Shown piece after piece: positions 46,974-55,591 of a stretch of DNA of 64,000 nt. Under the pieces are notes generated by a model. The model had not been told where the DNA came from and did not search any database. It saw only the letters and a program-made list of their open reading frames with translations. The position numbers were made by a program, and so were the translations under genes. Source of the stretch: Escherichia phage PECP20; sequence record OQ873415.1. The stretch is one strand, 5' to 3'. Numbering within the stretch: the stretch's first letter is position 1; each line of letters begins with the position of its first letter.

Positions 46974-47975
46974 TTATTTCAGTAAAGTTACTTCAGAGAT
47001 TTCCTCCCAACCATCTTTATCGGTTGAAATAAAATCTGCTACATAAAGAGCCGTACGTAATGATACATTGCGAAGACGAGATACATTAGCCTTCATCCAG
47101 GACAATGCTTTATACGTTTCAGCATCAGTCAAGCCACGTTTCTGCATCATATCAGTAGATAATATTACATCTTCAACTCGAACCATAATCTCTTCATTAG
47201 AGTGTACTCCAAGGTCGAGATACACTGAACGAGATACTAAAGCTTGAAGGTGTGGAGCAAGTTTCGAACCCCGTTCTAACTCTTTATCGATATCAACGTT
47301 TGTAATGAAAACGATAGTACCTTCAAACTCAAATTCTTTATCAATACCCTTATCCTCGAGATAAGATGACGCAGTGCTCCAACAAACTTTGCGTTTATCT
47401 CCGGTATCTAATGCTGCTTTAAGAAGGTTCAGGATGTCCATATCTGAGAATACGTCAACGTCATCGATTAAGAGAACGCTGTCTTCATCACGGTTGAGCC
47501 AAAGTTGTTCGTAAAGGCCAATACCGGAGATTTTACCATTAATGCTTTTGTATTTGATGAAACCATTATCATTAGCATTATTAAGTGCTTTATCCAGAGA
47601 ATACGTCTTACCAATACCAGCTGCACCTGAAATAATGAGTGAACGAATTTTGCCATCAATAATGCCATTCGTCATCATGTTCATTACTTTAAAGCGTTTG
47701 TTGATACGAGTTTTCATATCTTCAGTGCTTTCAACAACTGCAACTGGTGACGTCTCAACTCCTTCCATTACGATGTCTGATTTGAAGACCCATACTCCAC
47801 GTTCAGAACCATCAATCATAACGAAAATTTTACCATCACCTAAGTGGGAACATTCAGGATTAAGCTTTGCCGGGAACCATGTCTTTGTGGCAACATAAGA
47901 ACCAGAGATTTCGTTATTACGATAGATACCTTTTTTGATTTGAACGTTGAACATTTTATTCTCCAATTTACTCAT
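46974..47975 (-). CDS. P-loop ATPase (AAA-like) with N-terminal domain
   Basis: 333 aa; Walker A GAAGIGKTY and Walker B LLIDDVD. Confidence 0.75.
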   Translation of the reverse strand: MSKLENKMFNVQIKKGIYRNNEISGSYVATKTWFPAKLNPECSHLGDGKIFVMIDGSERGVWVFKSDIVMEGVETSPVAVVESTEDMKTRINKRFKVMNMMTNGIIDGKIRSLIISGAAGIGKTYSLDKALNNANDNGFIKYKSINGKISGIGLYEQLWLNRDEDSVLLIDDVDVFSDMDILNLLKAALDTGDKRKVCWSTASSYLEDKGIDKEFEFEGTIVFITNVDIDKELERGSKLAPHLQALVSRSVYLDLGVHSNEEIMVRVEDVILSTDMMQKRGLTDAETYKALSWMKANVSRLRNVSLRTALYVADFISTDKDGWEEISEVTLLK

Positions 47976-48051
47976 TTCGTTTCGATAGGTCTATAGTATC
48001 ATATCCTAAAAGCATGTACACTACTTTTTAAAAATATTTTGACCCCCTAAA

Positions 48052-48067
48052 GGGACCCGAAGGTCCC
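48052..48067 (-). terminator. UUCG-tetraloop hairpin downstream of 48145..48333
   Basis: Minus RNA GGGACC-UUCG-GGUCCC with flanking G/C and U tracts. Confidence 0.45.
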
Positions 48068-48144
48068 CACATTTACTTATCGCACTTAGCAACATAATTA
48101 GGCATATCACAGAATACGGAGCGTGTAACTACTCGACCCTTTGA

Positions 48145-48333
48145 CTATGCTTCAGTTGCTTGTCCGGCAGTGCTATTAATATAGCTCGATTTGATATTCT
48201 CAATACCCTGAGAATGTGATGCATTTACCGAACCGTTGGAAGGCCCAGAAGACTGGTTACCACCAGCTCCTGTGGTAGCACCAACAGAGAATGCCATCAT
48301 TACTGCGAATAAACCAATTGCTAATTTTTTCAT
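48145..48333 (-). CDS. small secreted protein (62 aa)
   Basis: Signal-peptide-like N-terminus followed by Gly/Ser/Asn-rich region. Confidence 0.55.
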   Translation of the reverse strand: MKKLAIGLFAVMMAFSVGATTGAGGNQSSGPSNGSVNASHSQGIENIKSSYINSTAGQATEA

Positions 48334-48364
48334 ATTTACCTCAAGTTAAGGGTTATTTATCTAC

Positions 48365-49354
48365 TTATTTATAGTAAGAATTATGATTTTCGAGATAGAC
48401 TTGCTCAAGGAAATCATCCCAGAAACTCATATCTACTTTTTGTTGCATACCATTCTTGGCAGCTTGTTCTGACGCATGTTCAACTTGGTCAACGATATCT
48501 TCTAGGAATTCTTGTACAGTTTTAAACGTATGTTTACCAAGCTTAACATCGAGAATAAATGGAGCATCCTGAAGTGGGTAAACCAGGTCGCCGGTTTTGT
48601 AAATTTCCAATAATTGAAGTCCACCACGACATGCATGACTCAATGCTTTCCAGTCAATACCTTCGTTAGCTTCTGCTTTACGAGCACGTTCACCATAGTT
48701 CTCTTCCAGTTTAACCAGGATAGCATTGAACTCTTTATTGGTTAACGTGTCTTGGAATTTACGGTCTAACAGACTATAGAATGTTTGCTTACCTGTTTTC
48801 TCGTTTTCGGTTTCAACCCATGAAGCAAATTCACCTACAGGTAGAACATTCTTCATATGTGATAAACGAATTACTGCACCATTATCAAAGTATTGTCCCC
48901 ATTCATTAGAACGTTTAAGGGCTTGACGAAGAACAGCCAGTCGAGAACCCTTGACACCGTATTTAGAAGCTTGCTTACGGACGTACCCTAAATAAGATTT
49001 CATGTTAGTGGTATAGAAACGAGACCTGTTATCTTGAATATACTTCCATACATCAGGCAAATCAGATTTAACTACTAGACTTGGTGGAGTATGAAGCATA
49101 TCTAATGCGACGGTTTCACCATCTGCAGCTAGTTTAAAGAAATATTTGAGACTATATAACTCATGGTCTACGTCGTCTTTTGTGTTCTTAGAAGATGTGT
49201 TATTCGTGTTCTTGCTCATATGTTCTTTAACGTTACCGGTCAAAATATCACGAGCATGAGGGACATAAATTTCTTTAAAATCGACGTCAGATTCAGGAGT
49301 AGACGTTCCATAAAGGTGGCTACCAAAGTAGCTTTTCATAATTGTTTTCATCAT
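48365..49354 (-). CDS. nucleotidyltransferase-fold protein (Pol-beta superfamily signature)
   Basis: 329 aa; N-terminal FGSHLYGTSTPESDVDF fits the G[GS]-x9-13-D-x-[DE] minimal NTase motif. Confidence 0.7.
   Translation of the reverse strand: MMKTIMKSYFGSHLYGTSTPESDVDFKEIYVPHARDILTGNVKEHMSKNTNNTSSKNTKDDVDHELYSLKYFFKLAADGETVALDMLHTPPSLVVKSDLPDVWKYIQDNRSRFYTTNMKSYLGYVRKQASKYGVKGSRLAVLRQALKRSNEWGQYFDNGAVIRLSHMKNVLPVGEFASWVETENEKTGKQTFYSLLDRKFQDTLTNKEFNAILVKLEENYGERARKAEANEGIDWKALSHACRGGLQLLEIYKTGDLVYPLQDAPFILDVKLGKHTFKTVQEFLEDIVDQVEHASEQAAKNGMQQKVDMSFWDDFLEQVYLENHNSYYK
48366..48373 (-). promoter_or_regulatory. T4 late promoter core TATAAATA upstream of 48145..48333
   Basis: Plus-strand tatttata about 35 nt upstream of the ATG. 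Confidence 0.45.
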
Positions 49355-49824
49355 TTAGCCTTATATTCAAGAGTAGGACAGACTTTTTCTTTACGAGCTT
49401 TAAGGTATTCACCTATTAATGATTTCTTACGTTCAATAGGCTCAAGTCCATTTTTAATTCGTTCTTGGTTTTGCGCAATGAGCTCAATTTCTTTATAATA
49501 TTTTCTGTCGTTATATTTGTCTAACAACCAAGACGGACCAATTACCAACCCGGTAGCAATAAAAGCCATGACTGCTACAATTAAAATGCCTACACCAATT
49601 GAGGCTGGAACTAATGTCCATAGACTGCTAAAAACAAAGAATTTAGTTAAAATTTCCTGGCCAATGATTGTGACTGCTGCTAAAATCGCAAATCCAATAA
49701 TTGAAACAGCCAATACCGGGATTAACGTTTTCCAAAAATAAGCACACAACGTTTTCGGACGATTCCATGTACTATTGAACGCGGCATAAATTTTAAAGTG
49801 CCAAGAGTTTTCATTGATAATCAT
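49351..49824 (-). CDS. integral membrane protein (157 aa)
   Basis: Three to four predicted TM helices. Confidence 0.65.
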   Translation of the reverse strand: MIINENSWHFKIYAAFNSTWNRPKTLCAYFWKTLIPVLAVSIIGFAILAAVTIIGQEILTKFFVFSSLWTLVPASIGVGILIVAVMAFIATGLVIGPSWLLDKYNDRKYYKEIELIAQNQERIKNGLEPIERKKSLIGEYLKARKEKVCPTLEYKAK

Positions 49825-49833
49825 AATAATTCC

Positions 49834-50364
49834 TTATTTCAAAGTTGGGATAATAGAATCGAGATAAGCTTTAAGAGCAACTGCTTCATCTTTGTCTAAT
49901 GTAACGATATGTTGACGAAGGTCATCAATTTGACGAATAACTACAACATCGCCATCTTCATAAGAAGGATTAACGCCTAGGACCGTTGTATAGTCAGGGC
50001 GGTCCTGATTTGTAATAAAAGCATTACGGCATTTAGCCCATTGAAGTTTGGCCTTTTTGGCTATTTCAGATTCCATTAATTCTTTCACCTTAGTGACGAA
50101 TGTTTTCCAATTATTGATAGAAAGGCATTCATCTTCTGTTTCGATATTAACCCCACTATAAAGACCGTGATAAAAACGAACTTGAAGGTCTTCATCGATG
50201 TTAATTACAGATGCATGGCCCGGCGGATTGAGTTTCAAAATCTTGTCCAGTTCCATAGGAAGAATAGTAACAGAATCATCTTCTTGTGTCAGAACGTAAG
50301 CATAACCACGTTTTTCGATACATAAATCACCAAACAACTCGGTTGTTTCAATTACAATTTTCAT
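49834..50364 (-). CDS. hypothetical protein (176 aa)
   Basis: ATG at 50364 (MKIVIET) with GGTGAATAAT upstream; track start 50376 is non-ATG. Confidence 0.65.
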   Translation of the reverse strand: MKIVIETTELFGDLCIEKRGYAYVLTQEDDSVTILPMELDKILKLNPPGHASVINIDEDLQVRFYHGLYSGVNIETEDECLSINNWKTFVTKVKELMESEIAKKAKLQWAKCRNAFITNQDRPDYTTVLGVNPSYEDGDVVVIRQIDDLRQHIVTLDKDEAVALKAYLDSIIPTLK

Positions 50365-50365
50365 A

Positions 50366-50545
50366 TTATTCACCAATTAAAGTTTCAACAAAATTCACCA
50401 AAGCATTCTGGCACGCATCAACCTGATTTTCATAAAAGTCTCCGTTATCATTTACCGCGTGATAAGCTACATCATTCAAATCTGAATCGGCTTCACGTAG
50501 GTCACGGATAAGGTCCATCAATTTATTAGCTTGTTCACGGGTCAT
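50366..50545 (-). CDS. small acidic protein (59 aa)
   Basis: Hand-translated ORF MTREQANKLMDLIRDL...; below track cutoff. Confidence 0.4.
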   Translation of the reverse strand: MTREQANKLMDLIRDLREADSDLNDVAYHAVNDNGDFYENQVDACQNALVNFVETLIGE

Positions 50546-50681
50546 TTTACCATACTCGTTTCAATAAGATTCACTATGCCGTTTACCATGTTATAAGTAA
50601 ACATCGGATAATTGTATTGTACTACAACATAAGCGATAAGCAAAAGTTTCATTTTGTTCTCCGTTCGTTTTGGTAGGACTA

Positions 50682-50710
50682 CTATAACATAGTCCTACCA
50701 AGATGTAAAC
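50682..50710 (-). promoter_or_regulatory. early-type promoter with -10 inside a 9-bp-arm palindrome
   Basis: GTTTAC-N17-TTATAG; plus-strand ggtaggact-N10-agtcctacc. Confidence 0.35.
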
Positions 50711-50943
50711 TACCGATTGTGTTTTAAATGTTGATAAAGTTCTTCAACTTGTTTAGGGTCCAAAACAATTAGGTCATTTTCTTGACGAAGATAAATCCAT
50801 CCCTTATCCCCAGGGCCATTTTTACAAAACATCACCACCATATCATCATCTTCAGCGCTTTCAGGCAAAAGTTCAAGTACACCGTCTTCAGATTTTCCAG
50901 TATAATCGTAAAGCATAATGTCCTCACATAATCTCGTTAACAT
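50710..50943 (-). CDS. hypothetical protein (77 aa)
   Basis: ORF. Confidence 0.5.
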   Translation of the reverse strand: MLTRLCEDIMLYDYTGKSEDGVLELLPESAEDDDMVVMFCKNGPGDKGWIYLRQENDLIVLDPKQVEELYQHLKHNR

Positions 50944-51103
50944 ACATTTGCAATTCGGTGTGGGCGTCGGCCATCTTTTTCATAGCTCTGTTAATGTCGA
51001 TGTCTCCATCTTCGCAACCATGAGCATTTTCCCAATCAGATACCGCATTAGCGTACTCTTCAATCAAAAACATCAACTTAGAAATCTTTTCTTTACGTGT
51101 CAT
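50924..51103 (-). CDS. hypothetical protein (59 aa)
   Basis: ATG at 51103 with GAGGAG upstream and promoter cassette at 51130-51159; track ORF extends to 51172. Confidence 0.45.
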   Translation of the reverse strand: MTRKEKISKLMFLIEEYANAVSDWENAHGCEDGDIDINRAMKKMADAHTELQMYVNEIM

Positions 51104-51129
51104 AACGTTCTCCTCTAGTAAGTAAGGAC

Positions 51130-51159
51130 TACTATAACACATCTCAAGGAGAAGTAAAC
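51130..51159 (-). promoter_or_regulatory. early-type promoter (GTTTAC cassette variant)
   Basis: Plus-strand aaggactactataacac...gtaaac. Confidence 0.35.
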
Positions 51160-51204
51160 TGTTAAATACCAAAAAGCCCCAACCATAAGGAAGGGGCTAG
51201 TAAA

Positions 51205-51507
51205 TTAGATAGATGTAGGCTCTAATTTTATTTTCATGAACTCAGCAAATTGTCTGGCAGTTTTTATGCCTTGTTCATGACATTCAAATGCATCATCACA
51301 GGGGCTATTTTTGTAATGCTTTGCCATATACTTATAGAATTTTTCAGAATTCTCGACATTTTGAATTTCAAACAAAGTATATACGTTTTTAATCCCTGAT
51401 TCCATAAAGTTATCAAAATATGGGTCAATATGTGCAGTACCAACGATAGGAGTTGTTGCTGCAAAAAACCCCAGCATCGCCATGACAGCTATCGCTCTTA
51501 AGGCCAT
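51205..51507 (-). CDS. secreted/periplasmic protein (100 aa)
   Basis: N-terminal signal-peptide-like segment MALRAIAVMAMLGFFAATTPIVGTA. Confidence 0.55.
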   Translation of the reverse strand: MALRAIAVMAMLGFFAATTPIVGTAHIDPYFDNFMESGIKNVYTLFEIQNVENSEKFYKYMAKHYKNSPCDDAFECHEQGIKTARQFAEFMKIKLEPTSI

Positions 51508-51519
51508 ATAGGCCTCCTG

Positions 51520-51732
51520 TTAATTTTGGCCAGTATTTATTTTTCGCCTTTGGACGGCCTTAACATCTGTGAGGTATTTTTCCAGCTTGCGCTTGCGTGT
51601 ATAATCAGCTTTAGAACCAGTTTGACGGATATCCTCGTTTAAATGAGAAATAGAATGTCCTAATTCTCTTCGGATTTCATCCAATTGGGTTACAGTAAGA
51701 TTACGAAGTTGTCTTTCGTTTAATTGCTGCAT
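51520..51732 (-). CDS. hypothetical protein (70 aa)
   Basis: ORF; charged. Confidence 0.5.
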   Translation of the reverse strand: MQQLNERQLRNLTVTQLDEIRRELGHSISHLNEDIRQTGSKADYTRKRKLEKYLTDVKAVQRRKINTGQN

Positions 51733-51759
51733 ATATACCTCTTGGTTAGATATTAGTAT

Positions 51760-52341
51760 TTATAACAACCCTGTCAAATCATTCCAATGCTTCCGGCATA
51801 ATGACACATATCTATCGGTATCACCAATTTCAATTTGACTGCCATCTGTAATTGGAAGTCCGTCTTCCGTGACTCTAGCTACCATTGTGGCCTTTTTACC
51901 ACAATGACAGACACCTTTAAGTTCAACAAGCTTATCGGCAATAGCCATTAATGCTTGAGAACCTTCAAATAGATTACCTTTAAAATCTGTTCGTAGTCCA
52001 TATGCCATTACCGGCACATTGTATACGTCAACAATACGACTAAGTTGATACACCTTTTCAGTAGTTAAGAACTGAGCTTCGTCAACAAATACGCAGTGAA
52101 TATCCTTTTGTGCTGCAGCCCATTTATAGAATTCAAAGATATCCATGTCTTTTGTAATTATATTGGCATCCTGACGAATACCAATACGAGAGACTATTTC
52201 ACCTTTTGAATCACGAGTATCAATAGCCGGTTTAAGAACTAATACACCCATGCCACGTTCTTTATAGTTATGTGCGGCAGTAAGTAATGAAGCAGACTTA
52301 CCAGCGTTCATAGCGGCATAGGTAAAAATTAAACTAGCCAT
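51760..52341 (-). CDS. tk: thymidine kinase
   Basis: 193 aa; P-loop AAMNAGKS and Zn-ribbon CHCGKKA...C; matches T4 tk length. Confidence 0.92.
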   Translation of the reverse strand: MASLIFTYAAMNAGKSASLLTAAHNYKERGMGVLVLKPAIDTRDSKGEIVSRIGIRQDANIITKDMDIFEFYKWAAAQKDIHCVFVDEAQFLTTEKVYQLSRIVDVYNVPVMAYGLRTDFKGNLFEGSQALMAIADKLVELKGVCHCGKKATMVARVTEDGLPITDGSQIEIGDTDRYVSLCRKHWNDLTGLL

Positions 52342-52350
52342 AAGAGTCCC

Positions 52351-52533
52351 TTATAGTGAATTCACGTAGTCAATGAGTTCTTGTTCTTTCCTGTCAAATG
52401 ATTCCATCAATGCTTGATATTCTTCGTCTGTTAAAGGAGCATATTCATCGTACGCATTAGTGGCTGCTTGCTCATCCAATAGGTCATGGATAAGTTCGAA
52501 CAGTTTAGTTTTCTCTTCTTTAGTCAATTTCAT
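52351..52533 (-). CDS. hypothetical acidic protein (60 aa)
   Basis: ORF. Confidence 0.5.
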   Translation of the reverse strand: MKLTKEEKTKLFELIHDLLDEQAATNAYDEYAPLTDEEYQALMESFDRKEQELIDYVNSL

Positions 52534-52757
52534 TTAGGTTCACCTTCTTTAACGAAATCTGGGTAAGGGTAAAATCCTGAGTAAAACCCTTCACCTTTAT
52601 GATTGCTACAACCTTTGTTCGAACAGTAACACCAATAATCAAAATCACAAGCCATTTCGTCATTGCATAAAGCAAAAACTACAGGCCATTCGCATTTTTC
52701 GCATTTAGCACCTGTAAGAATTTTTGTTTGACTCATAACCATTTGACCTGCATGCAA
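52530..52757 (-). CDS. Cys-rich small protein (75 aa)
   Basis: Multiple Cys (CEKCEWP...CYCSNKGC), possible zinc binding. Confidence 0.5.
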   Translation of the reverse strand: MHAGQMVMSQTKILTGAKCEKCEWPVVFALCNDEMACDFDYWCYCSNKGCSNHKGEGFYSGFYPYPDFVKEGEPK

Positions 52758-52960
52758 TATTCTTCGACATGCTTTTTACGACATTTCTTATCAATAAAGG
52801 TATATTCCATAAAGCGTCCATGATAACGACGTTCAACATCGTGAGGGGTGTTAATAGGACACTTAGTCTGGCGAATTTCTTCCCATTCACGAATAATAAC
52901 TGCTTTATTCTTTGGGTCATACGGGTGAGGATAATGCACATTCATAACAATGGTTCCCAA
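52733..52960 (-). CDS. hypothetical protein (75 aa)
   Basis: Preferred over overlapping 52705..52941 frame on composition and coupling with neighbours. Confidence 0.45.
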   Translation of the reverse strand: MGTIVMNVHYPHPYDPKNKAVIIREWEEIRQTKCPINTPHDVERRYHGRFMEYTFIDKKCRKKHVEEYCMQVKWL

Positions 52961-53409
52961 TCAACAATCACAATTTCTAGTTTAGTGGAATACGTATCTA
53001 AAATCTCTTCGATGACATCCCAGTTTCCACCACCAATACCTGCACCAATTCTTGGCATATAAATTACAGGCTTTGTTATCTTATTTTTTCCGAATTCATT
53101 TAATTCTATTATACAATTCATTAAAGCAGAGTACTCAAAATTAGGTCCCGGCTCAAACTGTGTATAAAGATTAAAGCAATAAGCTTTATGGGTCTTAAAA
53201 TATTTTTCATAAACCGAATAAGTCCCGAGTTTAGACTCGTCTCCGAATTCGGTTTGAAGTTTATCGGCTTCTAAAATTTTTGGATAAGCCTTTGCCAATT
53301 GACCTGCTACACCGGCACCCATTGTATGAAAACAATTGCACCCATGAGCAATATTATTACCTTTAGAAAACAGGGCGACAATATCGCCCTTGATATAGTT
53401 TTTAATCAC
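52942..53409 (-). CDS. macro-domain-like protein (ADP-ribose binding/processing fold)
   Basis: 155 aa; N-terminal GDIVALFSKGNNIAHGCNCFHTMGAGVAGQL and C-terminal PRIGAGIGGG resemble macro-domain Gly-rich loops. Confidence 0.6.
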   Translation of the reverse strand: MIKNYIKGDIVALFSKGNNIAHGCNCFHTMGAGVAGQLAKAYPKILEADKLQTEFGDESKLGTYSVYEKYFKTHKAYCFNLYTQFEPGPNFEYSALMNCIIELNEFGKNKITKPVIYMPRIGAGIGGGNWDVIEEILDTYSTKLEIVIVDWEPLL

Positions 53410-53749
53410 TTGCTACAAGTCCTCTAGTATAAGAGTCAACTAGACGGTCCACCATAGAATTGCATGCTGCCTTATCTTTAGGTTCCGCCACCGAGCATTC
53501 TAATATTTGCCATTTTTTATAGTATCTTTTAATTAAGGTAGACGCCTTGAACCTACTAGACGCCCCATCTTTTTCTCCGTCTTTATACGCATATAACAAT
53601 TTTTGTGAAAAATCTACTTTACACTCTTGACTTTTACCACAATAATCAGACGCCGTTCTGTTTGTATACTCCGTTACATCAGTATATGTAGTATTAGCAA
53701 GAGCGTTAAATGAAACCAAGCCAACTATTAAAGCTAACATTTTGGTCAT
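53402..53749 (-). CDS. secreted protein (115 aa)
   Basis: Signal peptide MTKMLALIVGLVSFNALA. Confidence 0.6.
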   Translation of the reverse strand: MTKMLALIVGLVSFNALANTTYTDVTEYTNRTASDYCGKSQECKVDFSQKLLYAYKDGEKDGASSRFKASTLIKRYYKKWQILECSVAEPKDKAACNSMVDRLVDSYTRGLVASD

Positions 53750-54288
53750 TCTTTTATTTCCAGTAGTTTATTTGATTTAAGGTAATTAGCCTTTTCTAGG
53801 ACTTCAGAAGCATATTTACTTCCAGCACTTGTCTTCCACCCCGCATTATATGAGGATATAGCTTTTCTTATATCCCCGTTATGTATATTTAACCAATAAG
53901 AAAATTCGATATAAGCCCATCTGGCCGAATTAGACCGCTTAGATAGCATTTTCTTAATTTGGGCATCAGACATATTATAACCAAGCTGGTTAATTCTTGC
54001 CCTCATTGTTGGTAGATAGTTTTGGAACATTCCATACGCATGGTGACCTTTCTTATCTTTAAGATTAATACCGGCAGATGATTCTTGCCATAGTATTGCG
54101 GCCATTATGTATCCAAGTCCTTTCTTATGCATATTTTCATGCGTTTTAAATTTTCCGTCCTTAGAAAACTGTTCCCCAAACTGATAAGCATAATTCAAGT
54201 TATCGAGTTGGACATTACTAAAAGTATGCTCGGAGCTATGTGCTGATAACGAAAGAGCAAATAGACCAGCGAGTAGTGCTTTTCTCAT
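53746..54288 (-). CDS. secreted lysozyme-like / lytic transglycosylase-like protein
   Basis: Signal peptide; AAILWQESS motif typical of the lytic transglycosylase catalytic region. Confidence 0.6.
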   Translation of the reverse strand: MRKALLAGLFALSLSAHSSEHTFSNVQLDNLNYAYQFGEQFSKDGKFKTHENMHKKGLGYIMAAILWQESSAGINLKDKKGHHAYGMFQNYLPTMRARINQLGYNMSDAQIKKMLSKRSNSARWAYIEFSYWLNIHNGDIRKAISSYNAGWKTSAGSKYASEVLEKANYLKSNKLLEIKE

Positions 54289-54296
54289 GTTTACCT

Positions 54297-54755
54297 CTAG
54301 ATTTTAATCACTGCTTTAGAAGCTTTTCCTGGTAGTCGTTTACTGTTAATAATAGCCATTCTACATTGAAGAGTCTTCATTTTGAATGTTGGATTTTCGC
54401 GACAGACTGTAAGTCCTAACCAAAGATTTCCATCAGTTATTTCTAAACGGCCTGGGCGATATTCGACACCTTCGACAAAATCTTCATCAACATCTGGACG
54501 TGCCGGCATTGATAAAAATTCTGCAACTTCTTTAACATGATTTTTTACTTTATGAAATAATTCAAAAACGTAATTCTCATCTATTTCTCTCTGGATGGCG
54601 CGATCTAAGAGATGTTGAGAATACTTGATATGAAAGCCTGGTAGTCCAAAAGACTTTGCAGCATCTTTTATACCGGCATTTATTTTGCGGAACTCCGTTT
54701 CAAAGATTCGACGGAGTTTATTACGGCGGATAAAAACTTCCGAATTGATAGTCAT
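54297..54755 (-). CDS. regB: endoribonuclease RegB
   Basis: 152 aa; near-identical to T4 RegB as recalled (MTINSEVFIRRNKLRR...). Confidence 0.92.
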   Translation of the reverse strand: MTINSEVFIRRNKLRRIFETEFRKINAGIKDAAKSFGLPGFHIKYSQHLLDRAIQREIDENYVFELFHKVKNHVKEVAEFLSMPARPDVDEDFVEGVEYRPGRLEITDGNLWLGLTVCRENPTFKMKTLQCRMAIINSKRLPGKASKAVIKI

Positions 54756-54766
54756 TTTGATTTCTC

Positions 54767-54812
54767 CTCTAGTTGACAGGTCTATAGTAACACAACTAGA
54801 GGAGAAGTAAAC
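54767..54812 (-). promoter_or_regulatory. regB upstream region: early-type promoter plus SD-sequestering inverted repeat
   Basis: GTTTAC-N17-TACTAT; arms CCUCUAGUUG / CAACUAGAGG pair the GAGG of the SD; 5' arm lies in the promoter spacer. Confidence 0.45.
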
Positions 54813-55111
54813 TACTCTTTGAAAGGAATTAACTTTTTAACTGCTTTAGATACTTCGTCACGAACCTGATGGAAGTTCTTGAGCTGTTCAAGGCGTTGTT
54901 CGTAATACGCAATCTCATCTTCTTCAAGACAATCGTCAGCGTCTTCTTTCAGATATGCCTTGTACTCATTAAAGAGGGCCCATAGGCGGTTCTCAAAGTC
55001 ATCAAGGCTTTGAATTTTCTTGTGCTTCGGAACAAGGCCAAAAGGATTGCTTTCAGTTATGCGTCTAGATGCTTCATAATGAGTTCCAAAGCCTGATAGG
55101 ATTTGAGCCAT
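54812..55111 (-). CDS. hypothetical protein (99 aa)
   Basis: ORF. Confidence 0.55.
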   Translation of the reverse strand: MAQILSGFGTHYEASRRITESNPFGLVPKHKKIQSLDDFENRLWALFNEYKAYLKEDADDCLEEDEIAYYEQRLEQLKNFHQVRDEVSKAVKKLIPFKE

Positions 55112-55377
55112 TAGTATTTTTCCTCAGGTCGAAATACTGCACGACAGGCCCACATGCTGGCTTCTTTTAGATGTTGCTTAGCATACTTAAGAGCCTGTAC
55201 TGCATCCATATCTTCTTTGGTTTGTTGCTCTGTTTCATTTTCTTTCAAGATATATGCTTCTTCAATCAGAGCATCAAACAACAATCCAAGACGGACTTCT
55301 GCATCTTTAATAGCGTTCACTTTACCGATTTTATCGTCGGTATGTGGCTTGTAGCCTTTAATATCTTCAATCGACAT
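55111..55377 (-). CDS. hypothetical protein (88 aa)
   Basis: ATG at 55377 (MSIEDIKG) forms ATGA overlap with upstream stop; track ORF extends to 55545. Confidence 0.5.
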   Translation of the reverse strand: MSIEDIKGYKPHTDDKIGKVNAIKDAEVRLGLLFDALIEEAYILKENETEQQTKEDMDAVQALKYAKQHLKEASMWACRAVFRPEEKY

Positions 55378-55591
55378 AAGGAATTTCCTCATCGGTGGCA
55401 AGGTCATATTCGACCAATTGGATAGGCTCATTAATACCATATCCACGTACAGTGATATCAGTTGCCGGATAGTTTCCAGTAATATCACCCATTCTAAATG
55501 CTTCAATGAATGATTGCTCGCCTGAGCAACTAAACCAGGCGGCAAAACATTTTAAAACATCTTCAGACCCTTCTATAATCAATTTAGCCAT
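55367..55591 (-). CDS. hypothetical acidic protein (74 aa)
   Basis: ORF. Confidence 0.5.
   Translation of the reverse strand: MAKLIIEGSEDVLKCFAAWFSCSGEQSFIEAFRMGDITGNYPATDITVRGYGINEPIQLVEYDLATDEEIPYVD

Noticed and set aside
52705-52941. ORF 52705..52941 overlapping 52733..52960 in a different frame
   Set aside because: Only one of the two can be real; the 52733..52960 frame gives a more protein-like composition and fits the neighbouring gene boundaries.
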